Position numbers and translations under genes: made by a program | The notes under the pieces: generated by a model | The model's database searches: none | What the model saw: the letters and a program-made list of their open reading frames with translations, nothing else | Told to the model about the DNA's origin: nothing | Assembly: GCA_002436065.1 (NCBI GenBank) | Contig: DIXP01000105.1 | Location: 18,735 to 50,734 of the forward strand | Source: Chloroflexi bacterium UBA6077 | Lineage (GTDB): Bacteria; Chloroflexota; UBA6077 | Reading direction: 5' to 3' | DNA: 32,000 bases | Part shown: positions 1-9,042 of the stretch, in pieces | Position numbering within the stretch: the stretch's first letter is position 1 | Layout of the letters: the number at the start of each line of letters is the position of its first letter

Positions 1-235
1 CTCCGCCAGGGTTGAGATCGACGATGACCTGGGGGCGGCCAAGTCTGCGGCCGTTCGGATCGTGCCGGCTGCCCATCTCCAACGCGAGGCCGGTGTCCAG
101 CAGCTCCCCGACTATGTTGGTGATGGATGCGGGCGTCAGCCGGGTGATCTTGCAGATCTCCCGGCGGGAGAGCGGACCGTAGCGGAGCAGGATGTTGAGC
201 ACCGCGACCCGGTTCTGGTGCCTTATGGTAGGCAT
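1..235 (-). CDS. ROK-family (NagC/XylR-type) transcriptional regulator, N-terminal wHTH part; 3' end lies outside the window
   Basis: Minus-strand translation from ATG 235-233: MPTIRHQNRVAVLNILLRYGPLSRREICKITRLTPASITNIVGELLDTGLALEMG..RLGRPQVIVDLNPGG. This is the typical ROK repressor N-terminus. The listed + ORF 62..301 is its antisense shadow. Confidence 0.75.
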   Translation of the reverse strand, partial: MPTIRHQNRVAVLNILLRYGPLSRREICKITRLTPASITNIVGELLDTGLALEMGSRHDPNGRRLGRPQVIVDLNPGG

Positions 236-445
236 GTTGCCGCCGAGGAGAGAAAGGGACAAGGGCACACCCGGCGAACAGGAGTTCGCTTAATTCATTA
301 ATTTAACAATCTCTGACCGTGCGGATGGTAACACCCTACCGCCCAGCTGTCAACGAGGAGGATGAGCAGTGTACCGGCTGTTCGCGGTCTTACACAGCAT
401 CCTTGCCCCGTTGGGCCGGCGTCTCCAGCCGGCGTCTCCGGCCCG

Positions 446-474
446 TTGACAACCCTACCAAGCCATGCTAGATT
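446..474 (+). promoter_or_regulatory. sigma70-type promoter for the phosphodiesterase gene
   Basis: TTGACA (446-451), 17-nt spacer, TAGATT (469-474) preceded by TGc (extended -10). It lies about 70 nt upstream of ATG 544, and AAGGAGG sits at about 523-529. Confidence 0.5.
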
Positions 475-543
475 GGGCGCGGTTTATTAAAACATTGAAT
501 TAAGCGAAGGGTCCTGCATTTAAGGAGGCTACGAGGAACTGCT

Positions 544-1662
544 ATGCGTAAGCCGGCACCGCAGCCGAAGAAAGCGATAGTCCTGGGGCTCGACGGCGCC
601 CATCCGGAGCTGGTACAGCAATTAGTCAGGGAAGGCAAGCTCCCCAATTTCGAGAGGATGGTGCAGCAGAGCGTCTTCAAGGCGGTGACTGAGCCCTTCC
701 CCGCGGTTACCGCACCAGTCTGGACAACGGTCGCCACCGGCGCCTGTCCTGGCACCCACGAGGCCCCCGATCCCTTCCAGCCCAACAACTCGAGCGAGCC
801 CGCGGACAGGGCGGACCCCGCCTTCGACGGCAGGAACAGCAAGGCGGAGCACCTGTGGCAGGCGGCTGAACGGGCCGGCAAGAGGAGCATCCTGGTCAAC
901 TGGGAAACCTCTTGGCCACCCAAGGGCGATGGTATCCAGCTAGAGGGCTACGGCCCCGGCTTGGTGAACCTCGACGATCTGGCCGCCGAACTGACCGAGG
1001 AGGTGGGCCCCTTCTTTGCCAGCCGCGTGCGCGAAGCCATGGAGGGCGGCTCGGTGGACAAAGCGGCCTTCTATGAACTGCAGAACTACCAGCACCAGTG
1101 GCTTGCGAAGGCGATCGGTTATCTGGTCGAGACCCAGCCGTGGGACCTGCTGTTCGTTGGGGCTCAGTGCCTGGACCCCTCTGGCCACGCCCAACCCGAG
1201 AGCGGCTCGTCTGTCGACGATCGGCGTGATAACCTGTCGCACAACTATCAGTCCATAGACCGTGTGCTGGGCAGTCTGCTCGATCTGATGGATAGCGAGA
1301 CCATCCTGGCCGTCGTCTGTGCCGCCGGCCTGGGGAGCAACATGCGGAGCGAGCTGCCCAATGGCCCCGCGAGCGCCCACCAGGCCAGTTCGCTCGTCAT
1401 CATGATGGGCCCCAACATCAAGAAGGGTGTTCGCCCGCAGCGGCTGCTAGATCTCACAGGGATCGCTCCCACCCTCGCATATCTCCTGGACTTCCCTGTG
1501 CCGGCACAAGCAGACGGGCCGGTGCTCTGGGGGGTCATGGAGGACCCGGACGCAAAGTACAAGGAGATGAAGCTGGTCCGCAAGCAGCTAGACCGGTGGA
1601 AGAAGCTGTATGCCGGCCTGGCGATCGAATACGACTTGAACCCTCGCCCCGAGATCGACTGA
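544..1662 (+). CDS. alkaline-phosphatase superfamily protein (type I phosphodiesterase / nucleotide pyrophosphatase family), possibly with a degenerate metal site
   Basis: 372-aa ORF. N-terminal IVLGLDGA (metal Asp), FPAVTAPVWTTVATG (Thr nucleophile context), LDPSGH (D..H pair) and a later His in ASAHQ. A strong SD precedes the ATG. Confidence 0.7.
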   Translation: MRKPAPQPKKAIVLGLDGAHPELVQQLVREGKLPNFERMVQQSVFKAVTEPFPAVTAPVWTTVATGACPGTHEAPDPFQPNNSSEPADRADPAFDGRNSKAEHLWQAAERAGKRSILVNWETSWPPKGDGIQLEGYGPGLVNLDDLAAELTEEVGPFFASRVREAMEGGSVDKAAFYELQNYQHQWLAKAIGYLVETQPWDLLFVGAQCLDPSGHAQPESGSSVDDRRDNLSHNYQSIDRVLGSLLDLMDSETILAVVCAAGLGSNMRSELPNGPASAHQASSLVIMMGPNIKKGVRPQRLLDLTGIAPTLAYLLDFPVPAQADGPVLWGVMEDPDAKYKEMKLVRKQLDRWKKLYAGLAIEYDLNPRPEID

Positions 1663-1694
1663 GAGACAGTATCGACTTCCCTCCCTCCCTGCCC

Positions 1695-1727
1695 AGACCG
1701 CCGCGGTTTCGGAAACCGCGGCGGTCT
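1695..1727 (+). terminator. GC-rich stem-loop after the phosphodiesterase gene (no U-tract)
   Basis: 15-bp perfect stem agaccgccgcggttt / aaaccgcggcggtct with loop cgg, 33 nt after the stop. A second 9-bp hairpin lies at 1795-1822. Confidence 0.45.
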
Positions 1728-1854
1728 CGCGTGCATCCACCGACCCCAGCGTTCCAACGATGTGGTACCATTGGCGAAGCAACAACCAGCCTATAGAAGC
1801 CGGACTCAGACCGCCGGCTTCTGAGCGGCCTAGGGCCGCGGAACGGGAGGTACA

Positions 1855-3261
1855 ATGAACGGTCAGTCCTTTGACCTGGCGATCCTCGGCGGGGGCCCAG
1901 GGGGCTACCCCGCTGCCATCCGCGCCGCCCAGTACGGGCTCAAGGTGGCCGTCATCGAGAAGTATAAGGTGGGCGGCACCTGCCTCCACTGGGGCTGCAT
2001 ACCTACCAAGGTGATCCTGGAGACCGCCGAGGTGCTGTACATGGCCAAGCGTGGCCAGGAGTTCGGCGTCAACAGCCAGGGTGTGAGCCTGGACTACAGC
2101 CAGGTGGGGAAGCGCAGGGAGCGAGTTCTCTCCACATCCACGGGCGGCATCGAGTTCCTCTTCAAGAAGCATGGCATAACACTGATCAAGGGCGAGGGCA
2201 AGCTCACCTCCCCCACCACCCTCTCCGTAGCCCTCACCGAGGGCGGTACCGCGGAAGTATCGGCCAGAGACGTCATCGTATCCACGGGCTCCATGCCCAA
2301 GGGGCTGCCCGGAGTGAAGATAGACGGCGAGAGGATCATCAACAGCGACCATGCCTCCACCCTGACCGAACTGCCGGGCTCCGTGATCATCGTCGGTGGT
2401 GGGGCCATCGGGGTAGAGTTCGCCTCGGCATGGAACGACATGGGGGCCCAGGTCACGCTGGTGGAGATGCTGCCGCGATTGCTGCCGCTGGAGGATGCCG
2501 AGATCGGTGACGAGCTAGCCAAGCTGTTCTCCAAGCGAGGCATCAAGGTGATGGTCGGTACCGGATTGAAGCTGGAGAGCATCCGGAGCTACTCCGACCG
2601 GGTGGAGCTAGAGGTGGAGCAGGGTGGGGCCATCCAGCGACTCTCGGCGGAGAAGCTGTTGATCGCCACGGGCCGGGCCCCAGTTACGGCAGGCATAGGG
2701 TTGGAGGAGCTGGGCGTCAAGCTCGAGCGTGGCTTCATCAAGGTGGATGAGTACATGCGGACCGGCGTGCCCCACCTGTACGCCATCGGCGACGCCGTCG
2801 GCGGCCTGATGCTCGCCCACAAGGCCACGGCTGAGGGACTTCTAGCCGCGGCGACCATTGCCGAGAAGGACCCTCGCCCCCTGGACTACAAACGAATCCC
2901 ATCCTGCACCTACTGCCGGCCACAGGCAGCCGCCGTCGGTTGGCGGGAGGCCGAGGCCAGAGAAGCAGGTCGTGGGGTGAAGATCGGCAAGTTCCCCTTC
3001 ATGGCAAGCGGCATGGCCAGGGTAATAGGAGAGCGCGACGGCTTCGTGAAGGTGATCGCGGACGCTGAGACGATGGAGATCCTGGGCGTTCACATCCTGG
3101 GTCCCAGGGCCACGGAGTTGATCGTGGAGCCGGCCTTGGCGAGGCTGCTGGAGGCCACACCGGAGGAGATTGCGCTGAACGTGCATCCCCACCCGACGCT
3201 GAGCGAGGCACTCATGGAGGCGGCCGAGGCAGTGGAGGGGAGGGCGATCCACTTCGCCTAG
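1855..3261 (+). CDS. lpdA: dihydrolipoyl (dihydrolipoamide) dehydrogenase
   Basis: 468 aa. FAD motif ILGGGPGGY, redox-active disulfide [16 protein letters not shown] motif [11 protein letters not shown], and the C-terminal HPHPTLSEA His-Glu dyad region. GGGAGG SD lies upstream. Confidence 0.95.
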   Translation: MNGQSFDLAILGGGPGGYPAAIRAAQYGLKVAVIEKYKVGGTCLHWGCIPTKVILETAEVLYMAKRGQEFGVNSQGVSLDYSQVGKRRERVLSTSTGGIEFLFKKHGITLIKGEGKLTSPTTLSVALTEGGTAEVSARDVIVSTGSMPKGLPGVKIDGERIINSDHASTLTELPGSVIIVGGGAIGVEFASAWNDMGAQVTLVEMLPRLLPLEDAEIGDELAKLFSKRGIKVMVGTGLKLESIRSYSDRVELEVEQGGAIQRLSAEKLLIATGRAPVTAGIGLEELGVKLERGFIKVDEYMRTGVPHLYAIGDAVGGLMLAHKATAEGLLAAATIAEKDPRPLDYKRIPSCTYCRPQAAAVGWREAEAREAGRGVKIGKFPFMASGMARVIGERDGFVKVIADAETMEILGVHILGPRATELIVEPALARLLEATPEEIALNVHPHPTLSEALMEAAEAVEGRAIHFA

Positions 3262-3282
3262 CGCTGAAAGAGCATAAACGAA

Positions 3283-3313
3283 GGCGGGAGCGGGTTCGTC
3301 ACCCGCTCCCGCC
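3283..3313. terminator. bidirectional stem-loop between convergent lpdA and the NifU-like gene
   Basis: 13-bp perfect stem ggcgggagcgggt / acccgctcccgcc with loop tcgtc. Confidence 0.6.
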
Positions 3314-3324
3314 ACACTCAGCAC

Positions 3325-3582
3325 TTAGAACGGTACGGCCTCTACCCGCACCACTTCCGGGATCTCCTTCTTGAGCGTCCGCTCGACCCCCAACTGAAGG
3401 GTCATCATGGACATGGGGCAGCCGGCGCAAGCGCCCATAAGGCGAACCTTCACCACCCCATCCTCAACAGCCACCAGCTCGATATCGCCACCGTCCATCT
3501 GCAGGCCGGGTCGAATGGTCTCAAGTACCTTCGCAACCTTTTCTTCCAAGAACCGATACCCCCTTCGCCGACTGTAGGTCAA
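3325..3582 (-). CDS. NifU-like (Nfu-type) Fe-S cluster assembly/carrier domain protein
   Basis: 85-aa ORF. VLETIRPGLQMDGGDIELVAVEDGVVKVRLMGACAGCPMS matches the NifU C-terminal domain with its CxxC. The start is uncertain: TTG 3582, or TTG 3549 which has AGGGGG 9 nt upstream. Confidence 0.85.
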   Translation of the reverse strand: MTYSRRRGYRFLEEKVAKVLETIRPGLQMDGGDIELVAVEDGVVKVRLMGACAGCPMSMMTLQLGVERTLKKEIPEVVRVEAVPF

Positions 3583-3716
3583 TCTTACGTAATGCTAGCA
3601 GCCGCTGTAGACAGCGTCAAGCTTCTTCAACCTCCGCGCCTCCAGGTGTGATCCAGTCAGGCAGCAAGCCGACGGCACCAAGAGCGAGTCTGTTTGTAAA
3701 TTATACACCATAAATA

Positions 3717-4082
3717 TCAACGTTTCCGGTATATCTGCACACCCACCGTTTCCAGGGCGCTCCCCTTCACCGGCGCCCACGGCTTCCTGACCCTCACCTG
3801 CACGGCATCCACAGGGAATCGCTCCAGGACGGCTGCGGCCAGCCGCTCCGCCACTGTCTCGATCAGGTTGGCAGGCGGCCCCTCCACGATCTCCCTGGCC
3901 GCCTTGAAGACAGAGGCATAGTTCACCGTCTGAGAGAGGTCATCGGAGCGGCCGGCCTCGCCCAGGTCACGGAACAGCTGCAGGTCCACCACGAAGCGCT
4001 GGCCCAGCACCCGCTCCTCCTGGTTGACTCCATGGTAACCGTAGAACAGCATGCCCTCTATGAAGATCTTGTCTTCACCCAC
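3717..4082 (-). CDS. folB: dihydroneopterin aldolase
   Basis: 121 aa with a GTG start and GGGAGG 7 nt upstream. IFIEGMLFYGYHGVNQEERVLGQRFVVDL is the FolB signature region. Confidence 0.9.
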   Translation of the reverse strand: MGEDKIFIEGMLFYGYHGVNQEERVLGQRFVVDLQLFRDLGEAGRSDDLSQTVNYASVFKAAREIVEGPPANLIETVAERLAAAVLERFPVDAVQVRVRKPWAPVKGSALETVGVQIYRKR

Positions 4083-4164
4083 GATTTAGCCTCCCAACAA
4101 GAAAGGGAGGCGACCAAAAGGCCGCCCCCCACAAGTCCCCTATCTCAATGCCCCCACGCCCTGC

Positions 4165-6063
4165 TTACAATGCCACTTGAGCTACGGCCACCGGCAACGG
4201 GATAGCCGCGGCGATCCTGTCGGCGATAGCTTGGCCGGTCAGGCCGTACGCTTTCCGCAGCAGGGAGGGGCTTCCATGCTCCACGAACTGGTCGGGAATC
4301 CCAATCACCTCCACAGAGGCACCCGTCACCCCCCTCGCCGCCAGCAATTCCAGCACGGCGGAGCCGAAGCCGCCGGCGACGACGTTCTCCTCCACGGTCA
4401 CCAGACGGCTGTGCCGACCGGCGACCTCCAGGATCAGCCCCTCGTCCAGTGGCTTGAGGTAGCGGGCGTCCACCACGGTGCAGTCGATCCCTCGGCCTGC
4501 CAGCAACTCGGCGGCCTCCATGGCCATCCCGACGGCATTGCCTATTGCCAGGATCGCCAACTCCCGACCCTCTCGCAGCAGCTCGCCCTTCCCTATCGGG
4601 AGGAGACGCGGCTCCGGGTCTATGGGCACGCCGACTCCCGACCCCCTCGGGTAGCGGACCGCGAAGGCCCCGCGCTCCTCGGCGATGTACTGGGAAGCCG
4701 TGTGTACCAGGCTCTGAAGCTCGTTCTCATCCCTGGGCGCCGCCACCACCAGATCTGGGATGGAGCGTAGGAAGCTGAGGTCGAACAGCCCCTGATGGGT
4801 CTTGCCATCCTCCCCCACGATACCGGCGCGGTCGATGGCTAAGAAGACCGGCAACTTCTGCAAGCAAACGTCGTGCATCAGCTGGTCGTAGGAACGCTGC
4901 AGGAAGGTGGAGTAGATGGCCACCACCGCCGGCAACCCCTGGCTGGCCAGGCCGGCGGCGAAGGTGACGGCGTGCTGCTCCGAGATCCCCACGTCGAAGA
5001 CCCGGCTCGGGAATCGCTGCTGGGCAGGCACCAGGCCCGTGCCGTCTGGCATGGCCGCTGTAATCGCGACCAAGAATGGGTTGGACTCCATTTCCCTCAG
5101 CAGCGTCTTGCCGAACACCTCGGTGTAGCTGGGTGCGGTGCGCTTGCCGGAGCCGTTAGGGGCCACCCCATGCCACTTGGTGGCATCCTCCTCAGCAGGA
5201 CCATATCCGTGCCCCTTCTGCGTCTTAACGTGGATCAGGGAGGGCCCCTTGTAGTGCTTCGCCCGCTGCAGCGCCTCCTCCAGCTCCGCCTGGTCATGCC
5301 CATCCACGGCGCCAACAAATGTGAAGCCCAACTCCTCCCACACCAGGTTGGGAACCACTAGTGCCTTCAATCCGTGGAGCACCAACCGGCCCTTCTGCGT
5401 GGCCTCACCACCGCCTGGAAGCCGCTGCAGCATCTTGTCGAGGTCGGCCTTGGCACGATGGTAGCGAGGATCGACCCGCAGACGGTTCAGCGCCGTGGAG
5501 ATGGCCCCCACGTTGTGGGCGATGGACATCTCGTTGTCGTTGAGCACCACTATCAGGCGAGTGCCGAGATGGCCAGCCTGGTTCATCGCCTCCAGCGCCA
5601 TGCCGCAGGTGAGCGAGCCGTCGCCGATGACGGCCACGACGTGGTTGTTCTCTCCCTTCAGATCCCTGGCCACGGCCATGCCCAGGGCAGCCGAGATAGA
5701 GGTGCCGGCGTGGCCGGCGCCAAAGTGGTCGTGGGGGCTCTCCTCCCGCACCAGGAAGCCCGAAAGGCCACCACGTTGCCGAAGCGTCCAGAAGGCGCCA
5801 CGCCTTCCGGTCAGCAGCTTGTGTACGTAGCCCTGGTGTCCCACGTCCCACACGAACTTGTCGCGCGGGCTCTCGAAAACCCTGTGAAGGGCCATAGTCA
5901 GTTCGACAATGCCTAAGTTGGAGGAGAGATGCCCACCCGTGATGGGGACGATCTCTAGGAGAAATTGCCGGATCTCTTCCGCCAACTGCTTCAGTTCCTG
6001 CGGATTGAGAGAGGCGAGCTGTCGAGGGTCGTCTATACTGTCTAGGATGGAGTAATCTGACAC
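4165..6063 (-). CDS. dxs: 1-deoxy-D-xylulose-5-phosphate synthase
   Basis: Dxs-type motifs GGHLSSNLGIVELT, DVGHQGYVHK, GHAGTSIS and the TPP motif GDGSLTCGMA..NDNEMSI. The ORF is open to TTG 6090, but GTG 6063 (AGGGAG 9 nt upstream) gives the usual SDYSILDSIDDP.. N-terminus. Confidence 0.95.
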   Translation of the reverse strand: MSDYSILDSIDDPRQLASLNPQELKQLAEEIRQFLLEIVPITGGHLSSNLGIVELTMALHRVFESPRDKFVWDVGHQGYVHKLLTGRRGAFWTLRQRGGLSGFLVREESPHDHFGAGHAGTSISAALGMAVARDLKGENNHVVAVIGDGSLTCGMALEAMNQAGHLGTRLIVVLNDNEMSIAHNVGAISTALNRLRVDPRYHRAKADLDKMLQRLPGGGEATQKGRLVLHGLKALVVPNLVWEELGFTFVGAVDGHDQAELEEALQRAKHYKGPSLIHVKTQKGHGYGPAEEDATKWHGVAPNGSGKRTAPSYTEVFGKTLLREMESNPFLVAITAAMPDGTGLVPAQQRFPSRVFDVGISEQHAVTFAAGLASQGLPAVVAIYSTFLQRSYDQLMHDVCLQKLPVFLAIDRAGIVGEDGKTHQGLFDLSFLRSIPDLVVAAPRDENELQSLVHTASQYIAEERGAFAVRYPRGSGVGVPIDPEPRLLPIGKGELLREGRELAILAIGNAVGMAMEAAELLAGRGIDCTVVDARYLKPLDEGLILEVAGRHSRLVTVEENVVAGGFGSAVLELLAARGVTGASVEVIGIPDQFVEHGSPSLLRKAYGLTGQAIADRIAAAIPLPVAVAQVAL

Positions 6064-6094
6064 AGAGAGGAACTCCCTTCGCGAGCACAACGTA

Positions 6095-6123
6095 TTGATG
6101 CTATCAGAAACGAGCGATAGAAT
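6095..6123 (+). promoter_or_regulatory. sigma70-type promoter for ispH-ispG
   Basis: TTGATG (6095-6100), 17 nt, TAGAAT (6118-6123). GGGGAG SD precedes ATG 6153. Confidence 0.45.
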
Positions 6124-6152
6124 CTACTTGTAACCTGACAAAGGGGAGTGCA

Positions 6153-7001
6153 ATGGAAGTGATCCTGGCCCGCCACTACGCGGGCTTTTGCAGCGGCGTG
6201 AAGCGGGCGTGGAAACTTGCCACCGAGGAAGCCATATCGGCCTCTGGTCCAGTGTACCTCTCAGGAAAGCTGATCCACAACACTCCAGCGATGGATGAGT
6301 TGAAACGGAAGGGTGTCCGCGTCCGGACGATCTCCGAGGCGGAGGGACTCCAACCCGGGACACCCTTCATCCTCCGTGCCCATGGGGAGGGTCCCGAGGT
6401 GTATGCCAGGGCCCGGGCCCTGGGGCTGAAGCTGATCGACGGCACCTGCCCAATAGTCCGGAGCGTCCAGCAACGAGCTCAGAAGCTGGAAGGGCAGGGC
6501 TACCAGGTGGTACTGTTTGGCCACAAGGGCCATCCGGAGGCAAAGGCCACCATCGCCCACACGATGAACGGGGTCATCATCGAGTCGGCCGCCGAGGCCG
6601 CGAAGCTACCCCGATATCCAAAGATCGCCACCGTGGCCCAGACGACCTCCTCGGCCGCGGAGTACGCGGAGGTGCGACGCATCCTAAAGGAAAGATGCGA
6701 CGAGTTCGTGGACCAGGGACACATCTGCGACTTCACACAGAGGGCGCAGGATGAGGCGGCAGAGCTGGCCCAACAGGTGGACGCGATGGTGGTGGTAGGT
6801 GGAACGGACAGCTCCAACACCCGCCGGCTGGTGGAAGTGTGCACCGTCCTATGCCCCACCCACCATGTGGAGACCGCGGAGGAACTCCAGCCCTCCTGGT
6901 TCCAGGAGGCATCCCGCGTCGGCGTCACCGCCGGCGCCTCCACCCGCGACTCCGACATCGCCGCGGCGGTGGAGTGGCTCGACCACATCAGTGATGCGTG
7001 A
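6153..7001 (+). CDS. ispH: 4-hydroxy-3-methylbut-2-enyl diphosphate reductase
   Basis: 282 aa. GFCSGVKRA (Cys1), DGTCPIV (Cys2), GHKGHPE and the VVGGTDSSNTRRL region match IspH/LytB. Confidence 0.95.
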   Translation: MEVILARHYAGFCSGVKRAWKLATEEAISASGPVYLSGKLIHNTPAMDELKRKGVRVRTISEAEGLQPGTPFILRAHGEGPEVYARARALGLKLIDGTCPIVRSVQQRAQKLEGQGYQVVLFGHKGHPEAKATIAHTMNGVIIESAAEAAKLPRYPKIATVAQTTSSAAEYAEVRRILKERCDEFVDQGHICDFTQRAQDEAAELAQQVDAMVVVGGTDSSNTRRLVEVCTVLCPTHHVETAEELQPSWFQEASRVGVTAGASTRDSDIAAAVEWLDHISDA

Positions 7002-7047
7002 TGGGTTACGGCCCACGAGCGGGTCCAGGGCGCTAGCGCCTGGCGGG

Positions 7048-7110
7048 GTTTGGGGTGTCCCCAAACAACTACCCCTCCTCTCCCCCTTCTCCCTGCGAGG
7101 GAGAAGGGGG
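7048..7110 (+). terminator. two tandem GC-rich stem-loops (ispH terminator and/or REP-like element)
   Basis: Hairpin 1: gtttgggg-tgt-ccccaaac (7048-7066). Hairpin 2: 12-bp perfect stem cccccttctccc / gggagaaggggg with loop tgcga (7082-7110). Confidence 0.5.
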
Positions 7111-7132
7111 CCGGGGGGATGAGGGTGTCAAC

Positions 7133-8206
7133 TTGCCAATAGAGCGAAGAAAGACCAGACAGGTCAACATTGGGGGCGTCACTGTGGGTGGCGACGCCCC
7201 AATCCGTGTTCAATCGATGTGCAGCACGCCAACCGGTGACGTTGATGCCACCGTCGACCAGATCCTCCGACTGGAGGAGGCGGGCTGCGAGATCGTGCGG
7301 GTGGCCGTGCCCGATCGCGAGGCGGCAAGGGCACTCCCCACAATCAAGAGCCGCATCCACATCCCCCTCGTGGCGGACATCCACTTCGACTACGAACTGG
7401 CGCTAGAGGCGATGATGGCGGGTGTTGACAAGGTGCGGATCAACCCCGGGAATGTCCTGGTGAAGCAGGGCTGGAAGGGGGTCGAGGCCGTGGTGGAGGG
7501 GGCCCGCCAGCACGGCGTCCCGATCCGCATCGGCGTCAACAGCGGCTCCATCGAGACGCCGTTGCTGAAGAAGTACGGATCCCCCACGCCCGAGGCCGCC
7601 GTGGAGTCGGCGATGGGCCACGTGAAGCTGCTGGAAGAGTTGGACTTCCACGACATCCTGATCTCCGTGAAGTTCAGCGACGTGCCCAGGACGGTCGCGG
7701 CATATCAACTGCTGTCGCGTACCACCGACTACCCACTCCACCTGGGGGTCACCGAGGCAGGCACGTCCTGGTCAGGGACCATCAAGTCCGCCGTGGGGCT
7801 TGGCGCGCTACTGGCAGAGGGCATAGGTGACACCGTGCGGGTCTCCCTGACCACACCGGACAAAGCGGAGGAGGTCCGGGTCGCTTACGAAATCCTCAAG
7901 TCGCTGGAGCTGCGCGCTCGTGGACCGGTCCTCACCTCGTGCCCCACCTGCGGCCGAACGGAGGTGGACCTCCTGGCGCTGGTACACCAGGTGGAGGAGG
8001 CTCTCTCCAGAGTCAAGACAGAGCTACACGTGGCGGTGATGGGGTGCGTAGTCAACGGCCCGGGTGAGGCTGCCGGAGCCGACCTGGCCGTGGTGGGCGG
8101 CAAGGGCGCGGTGGCGCTCTATCGCCGGGGCCAGTTCCTCCGGCGGGTGTCCGAAGCCGAGGCCGGCAAAGCCCTCCTGGAGGAGATCGCCGCCGGCCTA
8201 CGGTAA
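7133..8206 (+). CDS. ispG: 4-hydroxy-3-methylbut-2-en-1-yl diphosphate synthase
   Basis: RRKTRQVNIGGVTVGGDAPIRVQSM, the RINPGN region and the C-terminal CPTCGR..GCVVNGPGE Fe-S cysteines match IspG/GcpE. The ORF is open from GTG 7055, but that start lies inside hairpin 1. TTG 7133 (GGATGAGG upstream) gives a normal N-terminus. Confidence 0.9.
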   Translation: MPIERRKTRQVNIGGVTVGGDAPIRVQSMCSTPTGDVDATVDQILRLEEAGCEIVRVAVPDREAARALPTIKSRIHIPLVADIHFDYELALEAMMAGVDKVRINPGNVLVKQGWKGVEAVVEGARQHGVPIRIGVNSGSIETPLLKKYGSPTPEAAVESAMGHVKLLEELDFHDILISVKFSDVPRTVAAYQLLSRTTDYPLHLGVTEAGTSWSGTIKSAVGLGALLAEGIGDTVRVSLTTPDKAEEVRVAYEILKSLELRARGPVLTSCPTCGRTEVDLLALVHQVEEALSRVKTELHVAVMGCVVNGPGEAAGADLAVVGGKGAVALYRRGQFLRRVSEAEAGKALLEEIAAGLR

Positions 8207-8254
8207 CACCCGATGAGTCGACCTCTGCGAATATGCCCATGCGCAACACCACCC

Positions 8255-8294
8255 TTGACATCTTCGGGAATCGAGTTACAATCTAACCAGTTAG
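8255..8294 (+). promoter_or_regulatory. promoter plus short palindromic operator of TetR-1/ABC-1 cassette
   Basis: TTGACA (8255-8260), 16 nt, TACAAT (8277-8282), followed at once by CTAACcaGTTAG (8283-8294). Confidence 0.5.
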
Positions 8295-8334
8295 TTAGTT
8301 CGCGCGACGCTGGTCGGAAAGAGGTGAAGGCAAG

Positions 8335-9024
8335 TTGCCTGAAGCTCGAATCGCACGAGGACGAACTCGCGATGCGGAGGCAGCACGCACCGCAATTCTC
8401 AATGCGGCTGAGGAGGCGTTCGCGGAGCACGGTTTCGATGGCGCGCGCGTCGATGCCATCGCGGCAGGATCGAGCTACAACAAGAGCCTGATCTTTCAGT
8501 ACTTCGGAGACAAGCTCGGCCTCTACACCGAGGTGATCAAGCGTGCCCAGAGGGAGACGAGCGAACTGCGAGCGCGCGGCTTTGCAGCGCTGCTGGAGGA
8601 CGATACCATCGCCACGGACGCCCGCCGATTCAGAGCGCTCCTCGAGACGGCCGTTCGAGGCTCCTTTGACTACCTGCTGGAACGTCCGCGCCTAAGTCGC
8701 ATACTGCTCTGGGAGATGGCAGCGGGCTGGCAGACCCTGACAAGGATCAGTCCACAGTTTCCGAAAGAGCACATCGAACGATTCGAGAGGCTCTTCGACA
8801 GGGCTCAGAAGGCCGGTCTTGTGCGATCGGGTTTCCTTCCCCTGGCGCAGCTCTCCCTGCCCCTGCAGATCTGTCAGTCCTATCTGGCCTATCTCCCCTG
8901 GTTTCGAGTACTTCTCCCCGGCGAAGACCTTTCGTCCCCGGAGGCGCTGGCAAGCGCGCGCGAGTACTTCGTCGCGCTCGTGGTAGCCGGGATCATGGCC
9001 GATGCCCCAGTAATGGAATTCTAG
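8335..9024 (+). CDS. TetR/AcrR-family transcriptional regulator (TetR-1)
   Basis: 229 aa with a TTG start and GAGGTG 8 nt upstream. The N-terminal HTH ILNAAEEAFAEHGFDGARVDAIAAGSSYNKSLIFQYFGDKLGLY is typical TetR_N. Confidence 0.9.
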   Translation: MPEARIARGRTRDAEAARTAILNAAEEAFAEHGFDGARVDAIAAGSSYNKSLIFQYFGDKLGLYTEVIKRAQRETSELRARGFAALLEDDTIATDARRFRALLETAVRGSFDYLLERPRLSRILLWEMAAGWQTLTRISPQFPKEHIERFERLFDRAQKAGLVRSGFLPLAQLSLPLQICQSYLAYLPWFRVLLPGEDLSSPEALASAREYFVALVVAGIMADAPVMEF

Positions 9025-9042
9025 AAGAAGGGGTGTCACGCG

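Noticed and set aside
62-301. 79-aa + strand ORF at the window start
   Set aside because: The opposite strand encodes a clean ROK-regulator wHTH N-terminus starting at ATG 235. The + ORF is its antisense shadow and has no recognisable motif.
3699-3720. TATAAT (minus strand, 3705-3700) with TTGATA 9 nt upstream, as a nifU-like gene promoter
   Set aside because: The spacing between the two hexamers is far too short for a -35/-10 pair. The -10 alone overlaps the folB stop region, so it is left uncalled.
4107-4127. Possible terminator hairpin between dxs and folB (minus strand)
   Set aside because: It has only a 7-bp stem with one mismatch (ggcgacc-aaaa-ggccgcc) and abuts the folB SD. That is too weak to call, and dxs-folB may well be co-transcribed.
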